Below the pieces are notes generated by a model. That model was not told the DNA's origin and searched no databases. It worked only from the letters and a program-made list of their open reading frames with translations. The position numbers and the translations under genes are program-made. A stretch of DNA of 64,000 nucleotides, from assembly GCF_022321485.1 (NCBI RefSeq), contig NZ_JAKOGG010000004.1, positions 50,156-114,155 on the forward strand. Reading direction: 5' to 3'. Source of the stretch: Shewanella electrica (lineage in GTDB: Bacteria > Pseudomonadota > Gammaproteobacteria > Enterobacterales > Shewanellaceae). Positions 1 through 10,480 of the stretch are shown in pieces (the stretch's first letter is position 1; each line of letters opens with the position of its first letter).

Positions 1-1739
1 TCGGTGAAACCATTACCGTAGCTGACCTCGCTCAGCGTATGGCGGTTAAAGCCACTGAAATCATCAAAGCGATGATGAAAATGGGCTCAATGGTTACCAT
101 CAACCAAGTACTGGACCAAGAAACTGCACAATTGGTAGCAGAGGAAATGGGCCACAAAGTGATTCTGGTGCGTGAAAACGAACTGGAGCATGAAGTACTG
201 GCTGACCGTGACGGCGAAGATGTCAAAGTAGAACCACGCGCACCGGTTGTTACCATTATGGGTCACGTTGACCATGGTAAAACCTCGTTGCTGGACTACA
301 TTCGTCGCACCAAAGTGGCCTCTGGCGAAGCCGGTGGTATTACTCAGCACATCGGTGCATACCACGTTGAAACCGACAACGGCATGATCACCTTCCTGGA
401 TACTCCAGGCCACGCAGCGTTTACCGCAATGCGTGCTCGTGGTGCGCAAGCGACCGATATCGTGGTACTGGTAGTTGCAGCAGATGACGGCGTAATGCCA
501 CAAACCATCGAAGCTATCCAACACGCAAAAGCCGGTGGCGCGCCACTGATTGTTGCTGTGAACAAGATGGATAAACCAGAAGCTGACGTAGACCGCGTGA
601 AGAGCGAACTGTCGCAACACGGCGTAATGTCAGAAGATTGGGGCGGCGACAACATGTTTGTTTACGTTTCAGCCAAAACTGGTCAAGGCATTGATGGACT
701 GCTTGAAGGCATCCTGCTGGAAGCTGAAGTACTCGAACTGACAGCCGTTCGTGACGGTATGGCTGCTGGCGTGGTGGTTGAGTCTAAACTCGACAAAGGC
801 CGTGGTCCTGTGGCTACTGTACTGGTTCAAGAAGGTACGCTGCACCAAGGTGATATCGTACTGTGTGGTCTTGAGTACGGTAAAGTTCGTGCGATGCGCG
901 ACGAAGATGGCAATGAGATCAAAGAAGCTGGCCCATCAATTCCAGTGGAAATCTTAGGTCTGTCAGGTGTGCCATCAGCCGGTGACGAAGCCACCGTTGT
1001 TAAAGATGAACGTAAAGCACGTGAAGTTGCTCTGTACCGTCAAGGTAAATTCCGTGAAGTGAAACTGGCACGTCAACAAAAAGCGAAACTGGAAAACATG
1101 TTCGCTAACATGACCGAAGGTGAAGTTCAGGAATTGAACATCATTCTGAAAGCAGACGTACAAGGTTCTCTGGAAGCGATTTCAGACTCTCTGACCAAAC
1201 TGTCTACAGAAGAAGTGAAAGTGAACATCATCGCTAGCGGTGTAGGTGCACTGACTGAGAACGATGCGACTCTCGCGGCAGCGTCTAACGCTATCATGGT
1301 CGGCTTTAACGTTCGTGCTGATGCGCAAGCGCGTAAAGTGATTGATGCTGAAAGCGTTGATCTACGTTACTACAGCGTGATTTACGACCTGATTGATGAA
1401 GTGAAATCAGCGATGAGCGGTATGCTGTCGCCTGAGTTCAAACAACAAATCATCGGTCTGGCTGAAGTACGTGACGTGTTCAAATCACCTAAGATCGGCG
1501 CGATTGCTGGTTGTATGGTTACCGAAGGTGTGGTTAAACGTAGCGCGCCAATCCGCGTTCTGCGTGACAACGTGGTGATCTACGAAGGTGAACTTGAGTC
1601 ACTGCGTCGCTTTAAAGATGACGTTAACGAAGTTCGTAACGGTACTGAATGTGGTATCGGCGTTAAGAACTATAATGACGTTCGTGTTGGCGACCAGATC
1701 GAAGTGTTCGAAACCGTTGAAGTGGCACGTAGCCTCTAA
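1..1739 (+). CDS. infB: Translation initiation factor IF-2, 5'-truncated by the window edge
   Basis: The frame is open from base 1. It reads [25 protein letters not shown]...[13 protein letters not shown], a GTPase G1 motif, and is collinear with the IF-2 C-terminal two-thirds. The ATG at 39 is internal, not the true start. Confidence 0.95.
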   Translation, partial: GETITVADLAQRMAVKATEIIKAMMKMGSMVTINQVLDQETAQLVAEEMGHKVILVRENELEHEVLADRDGEDVKVEPRAPVVTIMGHVDHGKTSLLDYIRRTKVASGEAGGITQHIGAYHVETDNGMITFLDTPGHAAFTAMRARGAQATDIVVLVVAADDGVMPQTIEAIQHAKAGGAPLIVAVNKMDKPEADVDRVKSELSQHGVMSEDWGGDNMFVYVSAKTGQGIDGLLEGILLEAEVLELTAVRDGMAAGVVVESKLDKGRGPVATVLVQEGTLHQGDIVLCGLEYGKVRAMRDEDGNEIKEAGPSIPVEILGLSGVPSAGDEATVVKDERKAREVALYRQGKFREVKLARQQKAKLENMFANMTEGEVQELNIILKADVQGSLEAISDSLTKLSTEEVKVNIIASGVGALTENDATLAAASNAIMVGFNVRADAQARKVIDAESVDLRYYSVIYDLIDEVKSAMSGMLSPEFKQQIIGLAEVRDVFKSPKIGAIAGCMVTEGVVKRSAPIRVLRDNVVIYEGELESLRRFKDDVNEVRNGTECGIGVKNYNDVRVGDQIEVFETVEVARSL

Positions 1740-1800
1740 GCGGTAACAACAGATTTTTGGGCGGCTACGGCCGCCCTTGTTGGTTTAAGAGGGTAAAAAG

Positions 1801-2211
1801 ATGGCGAAAGAATTTAGCCGTACCCGGCGTATCGGCCAGCAGCTGCAGCAAGAGCTGGCGCAGGTGCTGCAACGCGATATGAAAGATCCACGCATTGGCA
1901 TGGTCACAGTGAACGACGTTGATGTTTCACGTGACTTGAGTTTTGCCAAAGTGTACGTGACCTTGTTTGAAGAAGATCCGCAAGTGATCGAGGACAAAAT
2001 GGCTGCGTTGATGAAGGCTGCGCCATACGTGCGTACGCTGGTGGCTGGTCGGATGAAACTGCGCGTGATGCCTGAGCTGAAGTTTGTATATGACTCCTCA
2101 TTGGTTGAAGGTATGCGCATGTCTAACTTGGTAAGCCAAGTGATCAATACCGATAAAGCCAAACAAGAGCAGTTTGGCTCAGATGATGAGCAGACTGAGG
2201 AAAAAGATTAA
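1801..2211 (+). CDS. rbfA: Ribosome-binding factor A
   Basis: [24 protein letters not shown] matches the RbfA N-terminus. It sits between infB and truB as in the conserved operon. Confidence 0.93.
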   Translation: MAKEFSRTRRIGQQLQQELAQVLQRDMKDPRIGMVTVNDVDVSRDLSFAKVYVTLFEEDPQVIEDKMAALMKAAPYVRTLVAGRMKLRVMPELKFVYDSSLVEGMRMSNLVSQVINTDKAKQEQFGSDDEQTEEKD

Positions 2212-3161
2212 TGGCAAGACGACCGAAAGGCCGTTTTATCGATGGCATCGTGTTGTTGGACAAGCCAACAGGCATTAGCTCCAATCATGCGTTGCAACAA
2301 GTAAAGCGTTTTTATCAAGCCGCTAAAGCGGGTCATACCGGTGCATTGGACCCATTAGCAACCGGCATGTTGCCTATCTGTCTCGGTGAAGCGACCAAGT
2401 TCTCCCAGCATTTGCTCGAGTCTGATAAGCGCTATCTGGTGACAGCCAAACTGGGTGAACGTACCGATACCAGCGATTCTGATGGCGAAGTGGTGCAGAC
2501 GCGTGTGGTGAACTTCAGTCAAGAGGCGCTCGAGGCTGCTTTGGATAGCTTCCGTGGCGAAACCATGCAAACGCCATCGATGTTCTCCGCGCTGAAATAT
2601 CAGGGACAACCGCTATACAAATATGCCCGCGAAGGCGTTGAAGTACCGCGCGAAGCACGCCCAATCACTGTGTATGACCTTAAGTTTATTGCCCTTGAAG
2701 GTGATGAACTGACACTGGATATTCGTTGTTCTAAAGGCACTTATATCCGCACCATCATCGATGATCTGGGTGAAAAGCTCGGCTGTGGCGCACACGTGAT
2801 CATGCTGCGCCGTACCGAAGTGGCGGACTATCCAACCGACAAAATGGTCACCATTGAGCAATTAGCTACGCTCATTGAGCAAGAAAAAGCCGCTGAAAGT
2901 GCGCCGTTTAGCTTGCTTGATAATTTGTTACTACCCATGGATACCGCGGTGGCCGATCTGCCAGAGTGCCATTTGGACGAAGCATCAGCCGGTTATGTGC
3001 TCCATGGCAATCCCGTGCGAGTTAACGGCCCGGCAGCGGGCACGATGGTGCGATTGACCAGCGGTGCTGAGCGCCAGTTTATCGGTGTTGGTACCATGAA
3101 CGATGATGGTTACGTTGCGCCAAAGAGGTTAGTGGTTTTTCAAGAAAAAAGCCCTAACTAA
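2211..3161 (+). CDS. truB: tRNA pseudouridine-55 synthase
   Basis: [25 protein letters not shown] and [24 protein letters not shown] are near-identical to TruB catalytic regions. The ATGA overlap with rbfA's stop codon is typical coupling. Confidence 0.95.
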   Translation: MARRPKGRFIDGIVLLDKPTGISSNHALQQVKRFYQAAKAGHTGALDPLATGMLPICLGEATKFSQHLLESDKRYLVTAKLGERTDTSDSDGEVVQTRVVNFSQEALEAALDSFRGETMQTPSMFSALKYQGQPLYKYAREGVEVPREARPITVYDLKFIALEGDELTLDIRCSKGTYIRTIIDDLGEKLGCGAHVIMLRRTEVADYPTDKMVTIEQLATLIEQEKAAESAPFSLLDNLLLPMDTAVADLPECHLDEASAGYVLHGNPVRVNGPAAGTMVRLTSGAERQFIGVGTMNDDGYVAPKRLVVFQEKSPN

Positions 3162-3256
3162 ACTTGCGGTAGTGCGGTTAGCACGGTATTATGCGCAACC
3201 TTCGGCTGAGTTAGTGATCGGCTGAAGTTACATTAAAATTTATTTTGGAGATTCTC

Positions 3257-3526
3257 ATGTCACTAAGTACTGAGCAAAAAGCAGAAATTCTGGCTAAATT
3301 TGGCCGTGGCGAAAACGACACTGGCTCACCAGAAGTTCAAGTTGCCTTGTTGACTGCACAGATCAACCACCTGCAAGGTCACTTCAAAGAGCACAAAAAA
3401 GATCACCACTCACGTCGCGGTCTGCTGCGCATGGTAAGCGCTCGTCGTAAACTGTTGGCTTATCTGAGCAAGAAAGACAACACTCGTTACGCTGCTCTGA
3501 TTCAAGAACTGGGTCTGCGTCGCTAA
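3257..3526 (+). CDS. rpsO: 30S ribosomal protein S15
   Basis: [43 protein letters not shown]..., 89 aa. GGAG lies 7 nt upstream of the ATG at 3257. The track ORF start at 3245 is a spurious in-frame extension. Confidence 0.95.
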   Translation: MSLSTEQKAEILAKFGRGENDTGSPEVQVALLTAQINHLQGHFKEHKKDHHSRRGLLRMVSARRKLLAYLSKKDNTRYAALIQELGLRR

Positions 3527-3541
3527 TCCAGTTGTATGAAC

Positions 3542-3574
3542 AAAAAAAGGAGGCTTATTAGCCTCCTTTTTTGT
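3542..3574. terminator. Bidirectional rho-independent terminator after rpsO
   Basis: aaaaaaaggaggc-ttatta-gcctccttttttt is a perfect hairpin flanked by A and T runs. Confidence 0.8.
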
Positions 3575-3589
3575 TGCTCAAGCGTTAGC

Positions 3590-4168
3590 TTAGAAACGGT
3601 ATTCTAAACCGATAGACGCTTGTTTGAAGTCGGTACTGGTGTTGGCACCATCGACCACGTCACCAGCATCAATCTCGGCATCATACCAAGTGTATTCAGC
3701 ATTGATGAGGAAGTTTTCGGTGATTTTAAAACCGACACCGGCACCTGCGAATACACCAGTATCGTCATCACTGGCGCTGATGCCCGCTACGTTATAATCC
3801 GTGTCATACCAAAGTTGACCACCTTTAGCGTAGAGTTCAACGCGCTCGCCAAGCGGTAGCATCAGTTTCAGCGCTGCGGTGTAACCATCGGTTTCGGCAC
3901 CCGCGACACTGCTGCCATATTTACCAAAATCGATGTAACTCCCTTCGACAGCGATATATGGGTTAAATTTATAACCGACTAATCCTTGCCAGACATCGTT
4001 GTCATCATCAAAATCATCGTCACCATCGACTTTTAAGTAACCATAGTTACCACCCACATAAAGCCCACTGTCGTTTTTGACATCGGATTCTGCTGCCATA
4101 GATGCAGCGCTATAAGTGGTGGTAAGAGCTAAGGCTGCGATAAGGAAAGGTGTTAATTTTTTCATCAT
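3590..4168 (-). CDS. Small outer-membrane beta-barrel protein (OmpX/OmpA-like 8-strand family)
   Basis: Signal peptide MMKKLTPFLIAALALTTTYSAASMA. The sequence has alternating aromatic/Gly-rich beta-strand patterning and ends in the OMP sorting signal ...IGLEYRF. AGGAG is upstream of the ATG at 4168. The ORF-track start at 4273 is an upstream extension. Confidence 0.7.
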   Translation of the reverse strand: MMKKLTPFLIAALALTTTYSAASMAAESDVKNDSGLYVGGNYGYLKVDGDDDFDDDNDVWQGLVGYKFNPYIAVEGSYIDFGKYGSSVAGAETDGYTAALKLMLPLGERVELYAKGGQLWYDTDYNVAGISASDDDTGVFAGAGVGFKITENFLINAEYTWYDAEIDAGDVVDGANTSTDFKQASIGLEYRF

Positions 4169-4727
4169 GAGACTCCTGATTATCTTCCTGATTCGAGAGA
4201 TATTTTCACTTGTATTTCTCAATGTGCAGTTGGATATAAACAAAGCTTGTGCCAAGAGCAGATGAAACATCATTTAGTTAACATTTGCTGATTAGAAGGA
4301 TAAAAATCCTAGATTTTTCAGGTGGAAGCGTTATCAGCTTTTAAACAGCTTTGTAAGCTGGCTGTTCTATTTTTGTTTTTGATGATTTTACGTTTAATTT
4401 TAATGAGTTATCGGTCGGAAATTTCTTCATGCCGATCGGAAAAAACTGCTTTTGGCGGCAGTAATACTGGCAGTTAGTGGATTGGCGCCAGCCGCTGTTG
4501 GTTGAATGTCGCCGTTAACGCAAGCTGGCACAGGTATGCTGTCCCTAAAGCTTTACATTATTGCTAGTTTACTGGGCAAATTTATCTGTGAAATCTCACT
4601 AATAGGACACTACAAACGGCCGCTAACTTACTATAATACTTCGGTTTTTAGCTCAATTAATGCGCGAAGTATGCGCTTTGGCTAAACATTATTAATGGCA
4701 CAATGTGGTTCGATAGAGAGGCATAAC

Positions 4728-5555
4728 ATGGCAAGGCATCGGCAGATGTTGCTGTTAAGTTTGGGAGTATCGCTAATGATGGGGGCGCTGGCACAAGTGA
4801 GTGTAGCCGCAGAACAAAATACCGCGATTGAACTACGCGCCGCGGGTAGTTTAAAGGCGGCGATGACTGAGATTATTCGTCAGTATCAAGCCGAGACTCA
4901 GCAGGCAGTGGTGGCGCAGTATTCATCATCTGGTATCTTGCGCGAACGCATTGAAGCGGGCGAGAAAGTCGATATTTTTGCTTCGGCTAATATGCAGCAT
5001 CCACAGGCGCTAGTGAACGAACAGCGCGGTACCGAAGTGGTGATGTTCGCCCGTAATCAACTATGTGCCTTAGCTCAGCCGAACTTGCCACTAACCACCG
5101 GTAATTTTTTGGACGTGTTGTTAGATCCCGAAACCAAATTGGGCATCTCGACACCTAAATTTGATCCCGCAGGTGATTACGCACTAACCGTGTTTGAAAA
5201 AGCGGAAACGCTGCAACCTCAAGCACAAAACATATTAACTAAGAAGGCGTTAAAGCTGACGGGCAGCCCAAACAGCGCCAAAGCGCCTGTCGGGCGTAAT
5301 CTTTATGCGTGGGTGATGGAGAACGAGCGGGCTGATGTGTTTCTCACTTATTGCACTAATGCCAAATTGGCGCAGCAAGAGGTCCCCGAGCTGCAGATAG
5401 TTGCTTTACCCGCTGAGCTAGCCATTGGTGGCAAATTTGGCTTGGTGGTGCTGAAAGACGCCAATCCGCATGCGGCAGCGCTGGCTAACTATATTTTGTC
5501 TGACAAAGCTCAAGCGATACTGGCTGAATACGGTTTTCAACCACCGCAGCGTTAA
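4728..5555 (+). CDS. ModA-like (molybdate/tungstate family) periplasmic solute-binding protein, orphan
   Basis: It has a signal peptide. AAGSLKAAMTEI...SSSGILRERIEAGEKVDIFASAN and ANYILSDKAQAILAEYGF parallel the ModA motifs AAASL...SSG.L..QIEAG...DLFISAD and YL..P.AQ.IF..YGF. An AGAGAGG RBS precedes the ATG at 4728. No ABC permease or ATPase gene is adjacent. Confidence 0.6.
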   Translation: MARHRQMLLLSLGVSLMMGALAQVSVAAEQNTAIELRAAGSLKAAMTEIIRQYQAETQQAVVAQYSSSGILRERIEAGEKVDIFASANMQHPQALVNEQRGTEVVMFARNQLCALAQPNLPLTTGNFLDVLLDPETKLGISTPKFDPAGDYALTVFEKAETLQPQAQNILTKKALKLTGSPNSAKAPVGRNLYAWVMENERADVFLTYCTNAKLAQQEVPELQIVALPAELAIGGKFGLVVLKDANPHAAALANYILSDKAQAILAEYGFQPPQR

Positions 5556-5581
5556 GAGTCTGCGGATGTCATTACTCATGA

Positions 5582-5612
5582 AGGGCGGATCTGATGATTC
5601 GCCCTTTTTTGT
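5582..5612 (+). terminator. Rho-independent terminator
   Basis: aagggcg-gatctgatgatt-cgccctt followed by tttttt. Confidence 0.75.
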
Positions 5613-5796
5613 TCGCTCATGAATTCTTCGTTAGCCAACTTTGCCATGCGCCAGCATGCCCGCAGTTAGCAGCCTTGAACTGCTATGGCTTACCAATCCA
5701 GAGCGTCGGGCAGGCTTATCCGCAACTTCCCTAGCTTTATTTTGAATAATGCAGTTAACTACATGTTCTAACGTTGTTTTTCAAGGATGAGTCACC

Positions 5797-7071
5797 ATGG
5801 AAGCTGTAACCTCTATCGGCCAATTTCGCTGGCGTTTTTTCATTATTCGCGCGTTTAGTGGCTTGATCATGGGCATTATTGCGCCTGTGATGTATCTGGT
5901 GCTGCAAGCAAAGGGGTTTAACATGCTGCAAATTGGCACCTTGGTGATTGTTAGTTCAATAAGCACCATGGTGTTGGAAGTGCCGTGTGGCATGTTGTCT
6001 GATCGTCTCGGTCGCAAAACGTTATTTATCTTCGGCCAGCTGAGCATGCTGTTGTTCGTGTTGGGCATGTATAGCCTCAACTCTTGGGGGATCATGTTGT
6101 TAGTGATGGTATGCGCCGGCATGAGCACCGCGATGATCTCAGGCACGCTCGATGCGTTGTTTGTCGAGCAGCTTAAGGCGCAGCAACTCGGTAGTCGTCA
6201 ATTACAACGTGGTTTGGCGCATTTCAGTCTCGCTAATCAGATGGGTATGTTGCTGGGGGCGCTGTTGTCCGGCGCGTTATTTGCCGATGCGGTGCTGGTG
6301 AGCAGCCGCGACAGCTCATCGAATCTTGCTGATTACACGATGAACTATGGGCTGGTGGCGTTATTACTACCATTGCAGATGTTACTTAGCGGCTATCTGC
6401 TGCATGAAGCGACATCACCTAGCGCAACCCCGGTGCGCCAAGGTTTGCTGCCTCTGTTGCAGGAAGCTTGGCAGCCGTTGATGCAGCAAGCTACGCTGCG
6501 GCTATTACTGCTATCCAGTGCCTTGGGTGCCACGGCTTATATCAGCTTCGAAAAATTCTGGCAGCTCCAGTTAAAAACGCTTATCGGCGAGCAACCGTTG
6601 GCATGGCTGTTCGGCGCATTGTTCGCCGGTTCTATCCTATTAGGTATGGCGGGGCAGGCGATGTCACCGCGCTTTTGTCGGCTGTTTAACTACAACTATG
6701 TCGCGGCCAATATTGCTATTCGGCTGTTACAAGCAGCGTTGTTTGCCGCATTATTTTGGGCGCAGCACTGGCTTAGCTTCGTGTTGGTATTTGCGCTGAT
6801 CTATTGGGTATCCGCCTTATCCTATTCGCCAGTGATGACGCTATTTCACAGTGAAGTGCGTGATAGTGAACGCAGCACTATGTTGTCGATCCGTTCGGTG
6901 TTTATCCAACTCGGTGCCGTGCTTGGCGTGGGCATTGCGGCGTGCAGTGCCGAATACGGCTCGCTGCGGCTGGCGTTTTTCGTGTCGGCGCTGATTTATC
7001 TGTTGTCGATTGCGGTATTGTTTGCGCCATCGTTACGGCGTTTAGGCGTGCGTTTGGCTGAAGAAGCCTAA
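5797..7071 (+). CDS. MFS-family transporter
   Basis: 424 aa with about 12 hydrophobic helices. The loop motif GMLSDRLGRK between TM2 and TM3 is the MFS signature G-x3-D-R/K-x-G-R-R/K. Confidence 0.7.
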   Translation: MEAVTSIGQFRWRFFIIRAFSGLIMGIIAPVMYLVLQAKGFNMLQIGTLVIVSSISTMVLEVPCGMLSDRLGRKTLFIFGQLSMLLFVLGMYSLNSWGIMLLVMVCAGMSTAMISGTLDALFVEQLKAQQLGSRQLQRGLAHFSLANQMGMLLGALLSGALFADAVLVSSRDSSSNLADYTMNYGLVALLLPLQMLLSGYLLHEATSPSATPVRQGLLPLLQEAWQPLMQQATLRLLLLSSALGATAYISFEKFWQLQLKTLIGEQPLAWLFGALFAGSILLGMAGQAMSPRFCRLFNYNYVAANIAIRLLQAALFAALFWAQHWLSFVLVFALIYWVSALSYSPVMTLFHSEVRDSERSTMLSIRSVFIQLGAVLGVGIAACSAEYGSLRLAFFVSALIYLLSIAVLFAPSLRRLGVRLAEEA

Positions 7072-7233
7072 CGCTAGTGCGCTAGTAACGATTGCAGCGG
7101 CTGAGGTGGCGGCCATGGGCTGGTGAATGCGGCGAATCTTGATGGGTGGCTGTAGTGTTTTTATCTAATAAAATGCTTTATTAGTAGTTTAAAGTGTTAT
7201 TATTTTTTTACACCAACAAATTTAGATGTGAAG

Positions 7234-7266
7234 TTGACAGATTTTGTAATTAGATCTACTTTATGC
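7234..7266 (+). promoter_or_regulatory. Candidate sigma-70 promoter for tRNA-Lys
   Basis: TTGACA at 7234-7239 is followed about 17-18 nt later by TACTTTAT and a GC-rich discriminator GCGCCG (stringent-type). An AT-rich UP-like tract lies upstream. Confidence 0.35.
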
Positions 7267-7337
7267 GCCGAGATATGAACAGCCCTATGGTTTCCCCTTT
7301 CGCTTTCTTCCATATCTCAATATCAGTGTTGTTAAAT

Positions 7338-7413
7338 AGGCCGCTAACTCAGTTGGCAGAGTAGTTGACTCTTAATCAATCGGTCGTGGGTTCGAGCCCC
7401 ACGCGGCCTACCA
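7338..7413 (+). tRNA. tRNA-Lys (anticodon CUU)
   Basis: 76-nt cloverleaf. Acceptor AGGCCGC/GCGGCCT, then U8A9, D-arm CTCAGTTGGCAGAG, anticodon arm GTTGA-CTCTTAA-TCAAT with anticodon CTT, T-arm GTGGG-TTCGAGC-CCCAC, discriminator A and encoded CCA. It is near-identical in architecture to enteric tRNA-Lys except U34->C. Confidence 0.9.
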
Positions 7414-7628
7414 ACATCCCTCTTTTCAAGCTCACATTTTCCTCCTTTCGTTGTTGATTTTTGTAGCGCTGCGCCTGATTTCGGCAATTGGTGCGCCATT
7501 AATGGCACTCTCTAGCAAAAAACATCACAATAGCCTCCTTGTGGCGGCGAGCGAGTCAACCAATGGTGTTGGTATTTATGCTCAATGCGCTAGTAACTAG
7601 CTGCGTGTCAAAGTGAAAGAGAATCAAC

Positions 7629-8753
7629 ATGGTCACACCTGCGCCTAAGCGTGCATCTAAACCTACGGCAAAGTCCGCTAACACAAAGGCGACTCAATCC
7701 TCTGCTGAGCGAGCAAATAAGCGTGATACAGCGCATCGCAATAACGCTGCTAAAACAGCGGTAACGGCGCTGAAGATGACCACGATAAACAGCGCCGCGG
7801 GGCTGCATCAACGTAACCGCCATCGTGGCAGTTATGATTTTACTGCGCTGGTGCAAGCTGAGCCTGCGTTAAAGCGCTTTGTCACGAAAAACCCGCGAGG
7901 GCAGGATACCATCCCATTTGCTGATGCTGACGCGGTTAAGTTGCTGAATAAGGCCCTGTTGGCACAGCATTACGGCATTCGCCACTGGGACATTCCAGCA
8001 GGGTTCTTGTGTCCACCCATCCCAGGGCGTGCAGATTACATCCACCGTATTGCTGAGCTGCTATATGCTGACTGTCCAGCGCTGCAACAACGGTCGGCGC
8101 GGATGCTGGATATCGGCGTGGGCGCTAACTGTATCTATCCGATTATTGCGCGCGTGGAATATGGCTGGCAGGTGGTGGGCAGTGATATCGATCCGCTGTC
8201 AGTCAAAAGTGCGCAGACTATTATCAATGCCAATGCCGCGCTTAAGGGCAATATTGAGTGTCGTTTGCAGCAACAACCGCAGCATATTTTTAGCGGCATC
8301 ATCGCTGCCGATGAGCGTTATATGCTGACCACCTGTAATCCGCCATTCCATAGCTCGTTAGCTGAAGCGCAGCAAGGCGCTCAGCGTAAGCTCAGCAATC
8401 TTAGTAAAAACCAACATAAACGTGGCGCTACGGCGGCTCACGATAACGCGAGCGCTAAAGGTAACACTGCACTTAATTTCGGTGGTCAAAAAGCCGAGTT
8501 ATGGTGCCCCGGTGGTGAGGCGGCGTTTTTGAAAAATATGGCGTTTGAGAGCGCCAAATATGCTGAGCAAGTACTGTGGTTTAGTAGTTTGATCTCCAAG
8601 AGCGATAACGTGCGTTGGCTACGCAAGCAGCTTGAAAAGGCGGGCGCGGTGGAAGCAAGAGTCGTTGAGATGGCACAAGGACAAAAGATCAGCCGCTTTG
8701 TGATGTGGAGCTTTTTAAATCCCGCGCAGCGGCAGGCATGGGTAATGCAGTAG
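7629..8753 (+). CDS. rlmF: 23S rRNA (adenine1618-N6)-methyltransferase RlmF with a basic Ala/Lys-rich N-terminal extension
   Basis: From [14 protein letters not shown] onward it is collinear with RlmF: [30 protein letters not shown] and the catalytic NPPFH motif. The roughly 50-aa N-terminal [15 protein letters not shown] tail has no counterpart in E. coli RlmF. An alternative start is the ATG at 7776. Confidence 0.85.
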   Translation: MVTPAPKRASKPTAKSANTKATQSSAERANKRDTAHRNNAAKTAVTALKMTTINSAAGLHQRNRHRGSYDFTALVQAEPALKRFVTKNPRGQDTIPFADADAVKLLNKALLAQHYGIRHWDIPAGFLCPPIPGRADYIHRIAELLYADCPALQQRSARMLDIGVGANCIYPIIARVEYGWQVVGSDIDPLSVKSAQTIINANAALKGNIECRLQQQPQHIFSGIIAADERYMLTTCNPPFHSSLAEAQQGAQRKLSNLSKNQHKRGATAAHDNASAKGNTALNFGGQKAELWCPGGEAAFLKNMAFESAKYAEQVLWFSSLISKSDNVRWLRKQLEKAGAVEARVVEMAQGQKISRFVMWSFLNPAQRQAWVMQ

Positions 8754-8796
8754 AGCACATAGCGACTGTGTTTATGGCATAGTCGCTACCGGTTAA

Positions 8797-10053
8797 TTAG
8801 CGGCCGCCAGTTTGCTGATCATTATCGTCACTACTATTGCTTGCCGTCATCTGCTCATGTGGTGGAATAGGAGTTTGGCAGGCGAGGGCATCATTGCTTT
8901 TCGCCATACGCAATAACATGCGATGACCAATATTGTTGTTCCAGTTAAAGCTGTTTTGCAGCACTACCACGGCGGTTTTTAGGCGTTGATCCATGCCGAT
9001 ATAGCTGGAGAATCCGCCAATAAAGCCGGATTGATACAGAATTTGCTCACCTTCAATCTCATTGCGTAACCAGCCCAACCCTACGGAATCCGCATCTGCA
9101 ACCTGCAATCTCATGGTGGTTGCATCGGTAAAGGCTTGATTAATTACCTCGTTATCCGTGCCATAGAGATGGGCGCGAGCGTATTGCAGTAGGTCGTTTG
9201 CACTGCTCCACAAATTAGCAGCACCGACCATATAACCATGGAATTGCCAATCTGGCACTTGGCTACCGCGAGCAATAAACTTAGGTTGATCCCCCGCATG
9301 TCCACGCGCGCGCTGGGCATAACCCGGCAGCAATTCTGGTTGATAGCCGGTGTTTTTTAGTCCCAAAGGTTTAAGCAACAGCTGCTGGGTGAGTTGTTCA
9401 ACTGGCTCCCCCACACGCTGTTGTATCGCCTCATCTAAAATGCTGTAACCCAAATTAGAATAAATCACGGTTGGCGTGGTGGGTGGCTCAAATGATGCGA
9501 GATAGTCGGCAAAGTCGCCGTTATCTAGTTCAGCGTAAAACTGGTTGCCAGTAAACAGATAACCGACAAACTGATGCAGCATGGCGAAGCTGTTTACCTG
9601 TCGTGGCAGGCCTGAGGTGTGACTGGCTAACTGCTCTAATGTGACGTGGGATGCGCCATCGCTAAGCGGTGTGTTTGGCAGTAATGCACTGAGTGATTCC
9701 TGCCAGCCAAGTTGCTGCTGTGCCACTAACATGGCAACGGTTTCGGCGGTAAAACCTTTGGTCACGGAGCCTACGGCAAACAAGGTATCGCCGGTTAATG
9801 GGATCTGCTGTGTTTCGTCGGTATAACCGTAACTGAATACTTGGGTTTGACCTTGTGGAGTCAACACCGCCACCACCATGCCAGCAGAATCTCCTGATTC
9901 AATGGATGGCAGCGCCAACGCATCCACTTGCTGCTGTAGTGGTACATGACAATAAGCCAACGGGTTATCTTGATCGACATTGTTGCTGGATAAACTACTA
10001 CAACCACAAAGTACGCTGCTTATGAGCAGTAAGAGACTGATTCTGTTCAACAC
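8797..10053 (-). CDS. Serine hydrolase of the beta-lactamase/esterase (class C-like) family, lipoprotein
   Basis: Lipobox LLLISSVLCGCSS. The S-x-x-K active-site motif appears as GSVTKGF. Size and composition fit PBP/AmpC-type esterases. The GTG start is at 10053. Confidence 0.7.
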   Translation of the reverse strand: MLNRISLLLLISSVLCGCSSLSSNNVDQDNPLAYCHVPLQQQVDALALPSIESGDSAGMVVAVLTPQGQTQVFSYGYTDETQQIPLTGDTLFAVGSVTKGFTAETVAMLVAQQQLGWQESLSALLPNTPLSDGASHVTLEQLASHTSGLPRQVNSFAMLHQFVGYLFTGNQFYAELDNGDFADYLASFEPPTTPTVIYSNLGYSILDEAIQQRVGEPVEQLTQQLLLKPLGLKNTGYQPELLPGYAQRARGHAGDQPKFIARGSQVPDWQFHGYMVGAANLWSSANDLLQYARAHLYGTDNEVINQAFTDATTMRLQVADADSVGLGWLRNEIEGEQILYQSGFIGGFSSYIGMDQRLKTAVVVLQNSFNWNNNIGHRMLLRMAKSNDALACQTPIPPHEQMTASNSSDDNDQQTGGR

Positions 10054-10288
10054 TGTTTATTCTTATCGTACGGCAGCACTCTTGTGGAGAGAGCGCTTGA
10101 TATTAAGAAGACTACAAACGGTACTGTTTATTGTTGTTAACGCTTGCACGATGTCATGATGTCGCTATTAGCAAAGACAAGCCATTTTGTTAAAAGAGGC
10201 GTTATTGTCTAGAAACTTTAATCAACAGAGATAACATCATCATTTTTATGGAAAGACACTTCCATGGTCACTGGTCTAATTGCCGCCT

Positions 10289-10480
10289 TTAATCCATTAC
10301 TATGCCGCTCGATTTTCCGCTGAGGCGCGCCAGAATATCCTGCATTACACCTTGAAATCTATCTAAATTTGTCTGAGTGATTGTTAATGCTGGAACTATG
10401 CGAAATACCTCTAAATTTGGCCGACGCACCACAGAGATTTTTTGCTGTAATAATTGCTGGTGGATTAACGTGGCAAAGGA
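10289..10480 (-). pseudogene. 3'-terminal remnant of a class-III (acetylornithine/GABA-type) aminotransferase
   Basis: The minus-strand translation ...ISVVRRPNLEVFRIVPALTITQTNLDRFQGVMQDILARL resembles the conserved C-terminal N-h-h-R-h-h-P-P-L-x-I block of PLP aminotransferases. No upstream catalytic portion is present, and the surrounding 700 bp are non-coding. Confidence 0.35.

Noticed and set aside
39-1739. Apparent infB start at ATG 39, giving a 566-aa IF-2
   Set aside because: The reading frame is open from base 1 and translates to conserved IF-2 sequence ([15 protein letters not shown]...). The gene is simply truncated by the window edge.
1741-1787. GC hairpin gggcggc-tac-ggccgccc between infB and rbfA, considered as a terminator
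   Set aside because: No T-tract follows. infB-rbfA-truB are co-transcribed in the conserved operon, so it is more likely a processing or stability element.
4527-4542. TGGCAC-aggta-TGCT sigma-54-like element upstream of the ModA-like gene
   Set aside because: The GG-to-GC spacing is one nt short of the strict -24/-12 geometry, and no activator gene is adjacent. It is kept only as a note.
8762-8793. Hairpin tagcgact...agtcgcta between rlmF and the convergent hydrolase gene
   Set aside because: An 8-bp stem without a U-run on either side. It is too weak to call an intrinsic terminator confidently.
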